In this document: piece by piece, positions 53,201 to 64,000 of the stretch
Layout: every line of letters starts with the position of its first letter
Numbering within the stretch: the first letter of the stretch is position 1
NCBI GenBank assembly: GCA_003427395.1
Contig: BFEA01000021.1
Span: 5,186,108-5,250,107 of the forward strand
From: Chara braunii
Lineage: Eukaryota; Plantae; Charophyceae
Direction of reading: 5' to 3'
Length of the DNA stretch: 64,000 nt
The notes under the pieces: generated by a model
The model's database searches: none
Seen by the model: only the letters and a program-made list of their open reading frames with translations
What the model was told of the DNA's origin: nothing
Program-made: the position numbers and the translations under genes

Positions 53201-54750
53201 CCCATCAACTCCCCCCNGAACATGAACGGTCTGTTTTGGCTCATGGCAAAGGGCTGGACAATAAAATNGGGCAGACCACGCANGAAAAACCCCGCACAGC
53301 CTAGCACAAACCCCACTCCAGCAGCCAGCCCATACTGGACCCCCACCATCAAAGCCTGGCGGAGAATGATGCCAAACAAACACGGGGCACCGGAAACAGA
53401 GAAGAAGTCCTGAGACAACCTCTTTTCTGCAACACGTGGATCACCGACCCCAGCGGAGAGGAATGGACCCTACGCTCCAAGGACCGCAGGTGGCTCTCCT
53501 GGGTAGAAAGAGGCGTGTGGCAAGTCAGACACATCTGGGAAGAAGACCAAGGACGATGGGCTACTGACCAAGAACTACGCAATGTCCTAAGAGGCTGTCA
53601 TACCCTCTCTGACAACCTTAAGCAGATACAAAATAGCATCCCAACAAGCTGGCTCCCCCTCCTAAGTGAGAACTTCTCATGGAAAGCGGGGGATTGGGGG
53701 GTACTGATAGCCCAAACTCAGCCTACCAGAGCATACAGATTCGTTGCTAAGACCAACCCATCCGATTATCTATCTAAGTTCTTCTCCTACCCAGTAGCCA
53801 AGCACACCACCAATGAGTTGGAAATCCAGAGCAGAGACCCCCACTGCGAGACACTAGACACATTTCGGCTGAGGAAAGTGAGAGTATCAAAGAACAAACC
53901 CTGGATACTCTTCAGACCGGACCTCGGCATCTCTAAGCTAGAGTTCGATCCGAAGGAATGGGATTGGAAACAGGACAAAACAGGTAGAACGAGAAGGATA
54001 GATGAATACGACGTCAAATTCGGTTATGAGTTGGGCCTACAAACCACAGACCCGGATCCCAGACTCAAAGAAAAATGGAGGGAAATTCTGAGCTTAGACC
54101 CTTCGGTCCCCGTGTCCATCCCGTGGTCGAAGTTCCTATCCATTAGACCAGTTAGGATCCGAAGTATGCAATGGCTCATAGCCCACGCCGCCCTGCCAAC
54201 TAACCAATAGCTCCACAAGAGGAGGAAGCACACAGACCCCAACAGCACCGACCTGTGCAAACTCTGCTCTGTTAACATCCCCGAAGACATACCCCACTGC
54301 CTACTGTACTGCTCGGAAGCAAAGTGGATCTGGAACAAACTGTGCAACCTGTGGCACAACCTCTTCTCGTCACCCCCCCTGCCCACGACCCCCCTCAACA
54401 TCTTGCTCTTATCAATCAACACTAACAACCTTAAAGGTGGAAAGGAGGTCTGGTACCATCTTCTCAGAAAGTTGGCTCTGTGGGTGATTTGGAAGAGGAG
54501 ATGCACCAAGACAATCGAAGAAACTGAGGTCCCAAGAGAAGAAATGTGGGCTCTACTACTGAAAATGGCGGAAACAGAGATTCGAGTCAGATGGAGGGAT
54601 GTGTCTGTGAGCACGAAAGGCAGACCAGAAAGGATAGCCGCAAGGAGACGAGTTCTTATAATAGACTGGCTTTTACAAGGGAAGATCGCCAATGTGGTGG
54701 ACAATAGATTGATTTGGAAGAAGTGGTACACCACAGGGACAGGGATGTAG
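50243..54750 (+). pseudogene. LINE ORF2 (APE endonuclease, reverse transcriptase, C-terminal Zn finger), disrupted
   Basis: Motifs SWNVNGL, LLQETH, AGDWN, KIDFF, DHKP; KAPGIDG, NYRPISLL, QAGFIPGR, DFEKAYD, KQGD, FADD, FLG; CKLC...HCLLYC. Frameshift near 53405 and stop at 54208-54210. Confidence 0.93.
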
Positions 54751-54833
54751 AGGAAAACGAACTGAGATTGTAACCCCAACAGCAAAGATATCTCTCCTCT
54801 TTTCTTGGTAAATACGGAATATCTGGCAGAGAC

Positions 54834-54871
54834 CTGTCTCTTATACACATCTAGATGTGTATAAGAGACAG
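54834..54871. other. Nextera mate-pair junction adapter (artefact)
   Basis: Same 38-mer, separating a false duplication of about 140 bp (54694-54833 and 54872-55013). Confidence 0.98.
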
Positions 54872-55222
54872 GTGGTGGACAATAGATTGATTTGGAAGAA
54901 GTGGTACACCACAGGGACAGGGATGTAGAGGAAAACGAACTGAGATTGTAACCCCAACAGCAAAGATATCTCTCCTCTTTTCTTGGTAAATACGGAATAT
55001 CTGGCAGAGACATAGGAGACTCTGAGAGGAAACGGGGTAGGGCAAGCTGACAGTCAATCCTCCTTACAAGGAGCAATCAATGCTGGTCAGGGTTCCTTCG
55101 GCCAGACGGAAGGAAGCGTGAGGGTGTTCACCATGTACTCCAGTTTTCGACTTGCCAGTGGAAAGGAACCGGACTGACGCTCCCCAGAATGGATAAGGAG
55201 CCAGGACCATAAGGACCTGTTC

Positions 55223-55269
<47 letters not shown>

Positions 55270-56787
55270 TTCATCTGATTCAATCTGAAATCGAACTTGG
55301 GTCTATATTTCAACAGCTCAAGGGTGTACCAACAATACTTTTATCTGCTCCTGAGCAACTCTGAAATTTTTTACTTGCAGCCTGGGAACCCATGGGGCTC
55401 ACATAAACCTAAGCGAAAGGGAGTGTTCTGACACCTCCAAACTCGGTTTGCCCTCAAAATGTGGTCAGGTTGTGCGGCAAAGACAACCAAAACGGCCTCA
55501 CAACAAGGCCGTTTTGGTGAGTGGCCTCACCGCTCCACCACTCACCACAAGTGTCTGAGGAACTTTGTTTTGCATGGTGCGTGGGATGCGGTGACTACTC
55601 AACGCGGCGCTGGTTCTCCCGCCTCAGCGGCAGGGTTGTGGTGCGATCTCTCCGCCTCTCACCAATAGCAGTCCACTCCCACGCTACAACACAATGCCGG
55701 GGCCAGTCTCAAGGCTGGGGCCGGTCTCGACTAGCGCCGGCCTTGTCTTGTAGTGTGGTGAGTGAATTCCCATGGTGAGCGGTGGAGCGAGACGGCGTTT
55801 TTGTGTGAAAAGTCCTGTGGTGAGTACTCACCAGGGGAATTCGAGTTTGGTGAGTGGTGGAGCGAGGCTCAATTCCATGAGAAAAGGTTTCATGAATAAA
55901 CTAGTTTCCTGTGCCATGCGGCGAGGCCCTCTTTGTTGTGTGAACGAAGGGGCGGGGCCCTATTCGGTCATTCGAACATTAGGGACCTGTCTGAGTTCGC
56001 AGCCCGTAGGGGCTGCATTCGCCACCATTGGCTTTGTTGTTTTGTGTTGTGGACTCCAACTGTCGTCAGGCATCTACTGGTAGTCAGGGCGTTGGGAGGT
56101 CGTCTGAAAGGGGGAAGACAATGAGAAGGGATCTGGCAGTCGGGGTGTTGGGAGGTCGTCCAAAAGGGGGAAGACAATAAGAAGATGAGATTAGAGCGGT
56201 GGGCAATCGGCACGGTCAGCGTCCAGAATTTCGAGGGTTGGGCGGTGGAGACGGGTCGGTTGTGGGAATGGGTCTGGAAGGAGTTTGTGTTGGCTGTTTC
56301 ATTGCTTGTTTTTTCCTTCTTTGGTTGGTTGGCCATGTTTCTTTCCCCGTGGTTCTCGTTTTGGTTTGTGCTTTTTTTAAGTTATATTCCATTGCATTTC
56401 TAAGCTTGTGGGTAGCACCTTCAGGAAGGCACAATTTGTCTGTGGTATTTGTGAGGCTGCATCTGATTAAAATCACATGCAGAGCCAGAAGAAAGTGGAA
56501 CGCACCAACAGACTCCGGTTGGTTGGTGCATCCGTTGTGTGCATCTGAGCGCAATGGAGTCCTAAAACACTGCGCTTCACTTCTCACTTTTTTTTTTTTC
56601 CCCCCCCTTTCTGAATTGCATTTCCAAGCTTGTCCGTGTCTGTAGCACCTTCGGGATCTGTTGGAGCGACCATTAGGTGGTTCGAATTAGTCCGGTGCCT
56701 CCTTGTGTGTTCGAGGTTCCAGTTCTGCAGCGGAGGACGCCAGCCAAGTCAAATTTCTGAGCGCCTGCAGGCCAGCGACCATCAGCT

Positions 56788-57010
56788 ATGGTTTCTGTTC
56801 GCGTGGTGACTGTCTTTCTCGTCCTGGCCCTGTCTATGGCCGTCTCGGAGGCTTACTCCTGCTGGTCCCAAGTACCCTGCACACGCGCAGAAGTTTGTCA
56901 CGCAGATCCTTGCCAATCCGAACTTGAAGATATTGGCGACAGCTCTCGAGGCCACGGACTTGGTAGAGCCATTGAAGGGCCTGGCTACGCAGGGAGTCAC
57001 TGCCTTCGCA
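56788..57010 (+). pseudogene. Fasciclin (FAS1) domain protein gene fragment, frameshifted and truncated
   Basis: Signal peptide MVSVRVVTVFLVLALSMAVSEA, then in the +1 frame from 56855 TPAGPKYPAHAQKFVTQILANPNLKILATALEATDLVEPLKGLATQGVTAFA (FAS1 N-terminus up to the H1 TxFAP motif). Confidence 0.72.
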
Positions 57011-57771
57011 AGCTGCATTTTTGAAACTCACAAGATGGTAGTGCGTTTCCGAACCTCACAAGCTACAGTATTAACCACAAGCCACAAGCTGCACTTCTGA
57101 AGCTACAAGCTGTGCTTCCAGATCTACAGACTGCATTTTCGAGGCTCTACACTGCTATCCACTTGAGGCTCATGTCCACTCATCATTTCGCCTCAACAGA
57201 CTGCATTTTCGAGGCTCTACACTGCTATCCACTTGAGTGCCCCATGTCCACTCATCATTTCGCCTCAACAGACTGCATTTCCAAACCTACAGTCTGCATC
57301 TCTGGAGCTATGCACTAGTACTCGGAAATCCAGTCTGGATTGGCCAGCTTACGGAAATCCAGTTTGGAAACAGCAGAAGTGTCGAGAAAGGCAGCCACTT
57401 GAGGGTTTGGGCGGGGAGTGGGGGGCAGATGGCGGCATTCGGGGAGGGCGGGTCGGAAATCGCTCATGAAACTTTCAATTTGAAGGTGTTCACATGAAAA
57501 CAAACAAAAAATGAAGCCCAAAAAAAATAGAAGGTAGCACCTTCACCTTCGGAAAGGCACAATCTGTGAAAAAAAATAAAAGGGGGAAAGGCACAATCTG
57601 TCTGCGGGATCCGTAAGGCTGCATCTGACTTTAGTCACGTCCAGAGGTGCTTCGTTTTCTGTTTTCCTTTCCTTTCTCTATTTTTCTTTCTTTTTTTCTG
57701 TTTTTTCCTTTTTTTTCTTTTTTTTCTATTTTTCCTTTCTTCGTGCTTAGTTTTTTTCAGGTGGTGTGGCG

Positions 57772-58295
57772 AGGCCGCATCAGTCGGAGAAGCTTTGTTT
57801 TCTTTTTTTCTTTCTCCTTGCTTCGGTTTTTCCCCCTTTCTTGTTTCATAACGTCCAAGGCACGGACCAGCAGTGGTCTACAGCTGCGTGCCATGACGCA
57901 GTGGAGCATGGCCGGTTACATCTTCTTTTCCGTTTTTTTGCTCGTGGCCCAGGTTTCGATGTGTCGGCTGGTCTTATCATTCTGTGGGGCTCGCCACACC
58001 ACTGTCGAAATTCGACAGCCGTCAATTTTTTTTGCCTTTCGACTGTGGTGTGGCGAGCCCCACAGAATCATGAGACCAGCCGACACATTGAAAACTGGGC
58101 CACGAGCCAAAAAACCGGAAAAGAAGATGTAACCGGCCTCGCTCCACTGCGTCATGGCGCGCAGCTGCAGACTACTGTCGGTCCGTGCCTTCGACGCTTT
58201 GAAACAACAAAAGGGGAAAAAACGAAGCAAGAAGAAAGAAACAAAGAAAGAAAAAAAAGAAAAACATAAAACGAAGCTTCTCCAACTGAGGGCCT
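57772..58295. repeat. About 520-bp foldback inverted repeat
   Basis: Arms about 57772-58010 and 58037-58295 are reverse complements around a loop of about 25 nt. Confidence 0.9.
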
Positions 58296-58299
58296 ACCG

Positions 58300-61200
58300 G
58301 TAGTTGAATTTGTGGCGGATGGGTGGAGGGTGAAAAAAAGTCAAAAACATGAGAAACGTGTCGAACTGGAGGCCTGGTTGCACTTGGGCCTCGCCACACC
58401 ACTCTTGAAACGGGGAATTTTTTCAAGAGCTGTCAGACATTCTCAGGAGTTGGGTTTTCAAGAGTTTTCGGCCCCATGCCACGCAGCACTCTCGAAAGGG
58501 CGATGGTGTTAGACTAAGGATGAAAAACGACAGTCAAACATCGTTGACTTTTTTGCATGGCGTCAGGATAACGGCCTGACAACTCTTGAAAATCGATAGT
58601 CAAGGGGCCTCGCTGCACTACTCTTGAAAATTGATAGTCAAGGGGCCTCGCTGCAAATTTTCTTCCCGTCTCCAATTTCGATAGCCTGTGTGGCCAAAAA
58701 AAACTATCGAAAATTGTGTTTTCGACAGTGGTGTGGCCGGGTCCTCTATGAGCCTCAGCTTACGCACTTGCAAATTTTCTTCCCCTCTCCAATTTCGATA
58801 ACCTGTGGCCAAGAGAAACTATCAAAAATCGTGTTTTCGACAGTGGTGTGGCGAGGTCCTCTATTGGCCTCAGCTTACGCATACATAGCACCTCGCTCCA
58901 CCACTCACCACATGCACAGACGACAAAGTGTGTCTGTGTATCTTTCCATGATCTAGCGGACGATTCATTCTGATTTTGCACATTTGGTGAGAAGTGGAGT
59001 GAGGTCCATACCTTCGAGCCCACGGCTACGCGGTATGTCAGTATTTTCAGCATTTTTTGACATGGCTGAAGTATCGCCACTCTTTGGCTGATCGAACCAG
59101 CCCTGAACATTCCTCTCTGAGTATTTTGAGCATTTTCGGACATGGGCAAACTATCGCCATGAGATTCAGGGTCTCGCTCCACTACTGTCCACTGTACAAA
59201 ATTGCGGACAGTTTGTGACAGCTATGAGAGCGTACCAAAATTGTGGAAATGCGACATCGTTCCACTTGCTGTACGCTATACAACGGGTCTCGCTCCACTA
59301 CACTAGACTCATGAAAAAATGTGTGAGTGCTTCTAGAGCTGTCAGATGTCTAGAACTCTCGAAAAAAGAAGCATCGGTCCACTTAGAGGCTCGCCACACA
59401 GGCAGGTGTCAGAAAAAAATTGAAACTCTGCGGTCGACAGTTTACCCCCCCTTCACCACATAGGCTGTCGAGGGGCAAGGTTTTTGGTCATGGCCGCCTT
59501 TCGACAGGGCACGGGTGTCCCGGAACAGTCCCTGACAATGCAAAATCGAATGTAATTTTTGAAAGGTCAGCGGGACACTGTCGAAATCCGTCACCTTCAG
59601 GCTGGAGGAAACGATTGCTGGAGGGTGGCTGTCGAAAGTATCATTCTGACACCTGTCGAAATTTTTTTGAGCCCCAATTCTTCGAAAGTTGTGTGGCAAT
59701 GCAAAATTGTCGAAAACCTGGTTTTCGCCAGCCTGTGTGGCGAGCCTCTTACTCCAGACTCAGGACACCTATGGGCGACTTGCTGTGCACTATACAACGG
59801 GTCTCGCTCCACTACACGACTCACAAAAACATGTGTGAGTGCTTCTAGAGCTGTCAGATGTCTAGAACTCTTGAAAAAAGAAGCATCGGTCCCCTTACTA
59901 CAGACCCAGGGCCTAGTTACACTACTCGCCATCGGCCACAATTCGTGGCGGATGGGTGGAGAGTGAAAAAAATAAGAATCGTGTCGAACTTGAGGCCTGG
60001 TTGCACTTACTGGCCACAATATTTCATCTACAAAAACGTAAAAAATTGTCCGCCTGCCTGATGTCGACTCTTGAAGCCGCGCACTCTCCAGAGAGTTGTT
60101 TTGTGGAGAGGTCTGAGGACCACCCATCACAAACTAGCCTGCACAGGCGGGGAAACCGAAAACACTCAGTGCAACTTGTGTCGCCGTGTGTGGCGAGCAG
60201 TCTGACATATTTTTCATTCGCGGCGAGTAAGTGCAACCAGGCGCCTACTCACCAAACTTGGCGTATGGAGAGTAGTGCAACCAGGCCCTCAAGAACAATA
60301 GAAGCACTCACAAATTTCGCAGCGCTACATGACAGCCCTTCTACAGCGCTAGATGACAGCGCCAGCTCGTTCTGATGGTCAGCGCAAGAGGCACACACGG
60401 AAAAAAAGAGGCCGGAGCGGTGGTAGGAGGGAGAACGCTAGAAAACCTGAGGGTTGCAGGCTGTGAACCCTTCGAGAGCGCTTTCTGACAGCTCTCGAAG
60501 GGTGTTGTCACAAGTTCCAGTCTAGAGTAAGGGCCTCGCCACACCTATGTCAAAACGGTAAAGTTTTCGACAACTGTCAGAACTTTTTCAACATAAGTTT
60601 TTTTTATAGAAAACCCACCTCCGCCACACAGCACATGTAGAAGATGCGCAGAATTGAGGTGGATGAACGTTGACATCTCCAAGTCACCCTGAATCGACCC
60701 TGACACATGTCGACAGCGGCACACATTTCGCTACCCCAAAACGCTGGTGTTCAATTCTGGCCCTCGGCAGGCGGGCGGTTTCACACGAATGTTGAAACCC
60801 TTTCCCTGACAATTGTCGAAGTGGTTTTCAACTTTTTTCTTCGACAGTCTGTGTGGCTAAGAAAAATTGTCGAAACCAACATTGGTGTGGCGAGGCCCTA
60901 AGAGGCTCGCGACACAGGCTGTCGAAAACCCGGTTTTCGACAAGTTTACATAACACAGACTTTCGAAGAATTGCAGCTCAAAAGCTTTTCAACAGGTGTC
61001 AGAATGGTACGCTCAACAGCCACCCTCCCCCATTCATTTTCTCCCGCCTGCAGCAGAATTGTGTTCGCATTTGCATTGTCAAGGACTTTTCCATGACGGT
61101 CATGACCAAAAACCTTGCCCCTCGACAGCCTATGTGGCAAAGGGGGGGTAAACTGTTGACCGCCGACTTTCAAAATTTTTCTGACACCTATGGGAACTCA

Positions 61201-61995
61201 AGTTTCGACAGCCTGTGTGGCGAGCCTCTAAGTGGAGCGCCACAGGCCTTTCGAGAATTGCGTTCGCATTTGCATTGTCAGGGACTTTTCCGTCACTGTC
61301 ATGACCAAAAACCTTGCCCCTCGACAGCCTATGTGGCAAAGGGGGGTTAAACTGTCGACCGCCGACTTTCGAAAATTTTCTAACACCTATCGGAACTCAA
61401 GTTTCGACAGCCTGTGTGGCGAGCCTCTAAGTGGAGCGTGGCGTTACTCTCAAAACTTCGGGAGTTTCCTGACAAATGTCAAAGTGGTTTCAACATTTTT
61501 CCTTCTACAGTCTGTGGCGAAGAAAAATTGTCGAAACCTCGATATTGGGCCTCGCCACACCAATGTCGAAACATCACGACATTTAACATATGTCAGGAAA
61601 TTCTCAACATTCGTGGCAAGGCGTTAGGGCCTCGGCACACCAATGTCGAAACATCGCGACATTCGGCATTCGACATATGTCAGGAAATTCTCCACATTCC
61701 CTCTTTCGAAAGAAAAACCCTCTTTGCCACACAGCATATGGAAGTGAAGAACTCACGAGTCCTACGCACAAAAGAGACAAACTGGGGTGAAGATAGGACA
61801 AGCGTTGGTCCGTTCTCCTTTTCGAGATTCGGGCAAGAACTCGACATCCCATCCGAGCGAGGACTGTTGAAAATGTTGCAGGCTGGAAAACGCCCCCTTA
61901 TCGAGAGGTGTCGAATTCCCCTGACAGCTCCTGAATTTTCTTCACATCTCGGATTTCGACATGCTGTGTGGCGAGGAGAAAATGTCAAAAATGCA
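58300..61995. repeat. Complex array of GTGTGGCGAG / TGTCGAAA motif repeats with direct and inverted blocks
   Basis: Many motif copies in both orientations; 59385-59745 is inverted relative to about 60900-61230; 61045-61240 is duplicated at 61255-61440. Confidence 0.8.
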
Positions 61996-63000
61996 GTTTT
62001 TTTTTTTTTTTTTTTTTTTTTGAGAAGTTGATCTTTAATACGAATAGCAGAAAATCAGACAAGGCCGGGGACCTCACAATTCGACCCGGAAGAACCTACT
62101 GACTGGGGCCATTACCCAGCTTCGGCTAAACTGGAAACGGGGTCCAGTGTCCCATTTCTCCCGTTGTCATCTCCAAAAATCTTCTCATGAAGTCCCTTCA
62201 GGACCAGTTAAAAGGTCTAAGTTATGGAAACCGGGTCCGGACACCCTGAACCATTTCAACTCCAGAAATTTCCAAAAGGACCATCAAAGCTGAAAACCCA
62301 GCTCCCTATTAGGAGAGTAATTTTTGAGTGTCTAAATCGACAGAACCCTTAACGTGTCTAAATCGACAGAACCCTTAACCTATCGCCGACTCAAGATCAA
62401 TATTCAAACAGATCTATAACAAGAGAATAGCTCTAGCCTATGCCAACAGCTAGAAATTAAAATCTGCTAATTCAAGTAGTAATGGCCATAGTTTAAAAAA
62501 AAACTCAACCCCAATAGATAAAAACCAGCAATAGATCTCTACGTAAGGCCGGCAATCCGGAGAATTCCGAAGGAAAATTCACCAAACAGGTGAGCTCCTC
62601 CCGACAGCACTCCCACCACTGCCAGTTGCCTTCCCACAGCGCCGCTGTCTGAGTCGCCAATGGCCACGTGATAGATCTTCACATTCATCAACATGTAATT
62701 TCCATGTATTTAGCCCGGAAAGGGGTTAAATACCGCAGTTGAAATCTCTAAAGTTCTGAAAGTCTATGCACTAAGGTTACATCCCATAGAGCACCGCAGG
62801 GTACCAGAAAATCCCTTCCTCTGGTCTTCCACAAAGGAGAACGCCATATCAACCACTGCGCGGGAGAAGGTTGACACCTCGGGATTTATGAAAAGAACGG
62901 TCTCTAACCCCACACACCAATGCCTAGGCTTAGCTGCCGACGTCAACGTGCCGCCAGTCTCTGGCGGTGTGAGCGCCGGTATGGCAGCGCAGGCCAACGT
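61996..63000 (-). mobile_element. Probable old degenerate LINE 3' fragment
   Basis: Poly(T) 61996-62021 preceded (minus sense) by stop-ridden coding-like sequence; no strong motif. Confidence 0.35.
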
Positions 63001-63357
63001 GCTACCAGTCCCCCCCAACCGTCAACAATTATGGAAAGAACAGAAAAAAAAAAAAAAACAGCGGACGCGGCATGTTTTTGAGTTCCTAAAGGCACGAAAA
63101 ACAGGCCTTCGGCGACTGTGTCAGGGCCTGAGTTTGAAAAGGGGTTCGTGACTCAGGCCGGCAGTGGTGTCAGGGCGGAGGTTTCATTAAACCACCAGTA
63201 CCTGGCCCAGCTATCGAGTCCGAGCCTCGGCCGACCGCTTAGACAATCCGTGTCGAGGCTCCGACTACCGGGCACAGGCATCCCGAACGTCGGAGTGAAA
63301 CGAACGAAAAAAACGGAAAAAAAAAAACAAAAAAAAAATGAAAAAAAAAAACGAAAA

Positions 63358-63449
63358 AAAGTATGGCAGTGTATATTCCCACGCTATAGCACCAGATTCA
63401 TTCGATTTTGCTCATCCTATGGAGGGCGCAGTACCATGAGGCCAGCCGC

Positions 63450-63489
<40 letters not shown>

Positions 63490-63527
63490 GGCGACCTGCA
63501 CGGAGGGTCGCGGCGAACTCGCCGCCC

Positions 63528-63562
<35 letters not shown>

Positions 63563-64000
63563 AAAAACAAGTATGGCAGCAGTACCATGAGGCCAGCCGC
63601 GACGAGAGAGAGAGAGAGAGGTGGCGACCTGCACGGAGGGTCGCGGCGAACTCGCCGCCCCTCTCTCTCTCACACACACACACACACAAAAACAAGTATG
63701 GCAGTGTATATTCCCACGCTACAGCGCAAGATTCATTCGATTTGGTCATCCTAGCAAGGGCGCAGTACCATGAGGCCAGCCGCGACGCAAGAGAGAGAGA
63801 GAGACCTCGCCACCTCTCTCTCTCTCTCTCTCTCTCACACAAAAACAAGTAAGGCAGTGTATATTCCCACGCTATAGCGCCAGATTCATTCAATTTTGCT
63901 CATCCTAGCAAGGGCGCAGTACCATGAGGCCAGCCGCGAGAGAGAGAGAGAGAGAGAGAGGCAGCGACCTCGCTGCCCCTCTCTCTCTCTCTCTCTCTCT
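63358..64000 (+). repeat. Compound tandem repeat with (GA)n and (CA)n
   Basis: GCAGTACCATGAGGCCAGCCGCGA x4 and GTATGGCAGTGTATATTCCCACGCTA-like blocks; runs off the window end. Confidence 0.9.

Larger units (their letters stand above)
45311..55265 (+). mobile_element. Near full-length non-LTR retrotransposon (L1/Tx1-like LINE), inactivated
   Basis: ORF1 with zinc knuckle, ORF2 with APE and RT, 3' UTR and poly(A) at 55228-55265. The 5' end is inferred from the two halves of an interrupted SINE. Contains two assembly gaps. Confidence 0.9.

Overview
Repeat-rich eukaryotic genomic DNA from a draft short-read assembly: three N-gaps, scattered single Ns and two embedded Nextera mate-pair junction adapters. 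It is probably a streptophyte (early-diverging land plant or charophyte alga), judged from the MHX protein and plant-type U6. The only host gene I can support is a minus-strand Mg2+/H+ exchanger (MHX, CaCA family), with five recognisable exons over about 27.6 kb (11151-38789); its N-terminal exon(s) were not found. The rest is mobile or repetitive DNA: a near full-length but frameshifted L1/Tx1-type LINE nested in a tRNA-derived SINE, several truncated LINE tails sharing a structured 3' end, degenerate Penelope-like RT fragments, at least 12 short TTAA-flanked TIR elements, U6 retrocopies, a U2-like fragment, a mitochondrial rRNA fragment, a frameshifted fasciclin fragment, foldbacks and tandem repeats. 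The most notable observation is an intact type III hammerhead ribozyme with a 4-bp kissing loop. It lies in a small (TA)n-flanked element, in the sense orientation in the last MHX intron, with further copies just downstream of the MHX stop codon. All family assignments come from motif recognition by eye; no searches were run.
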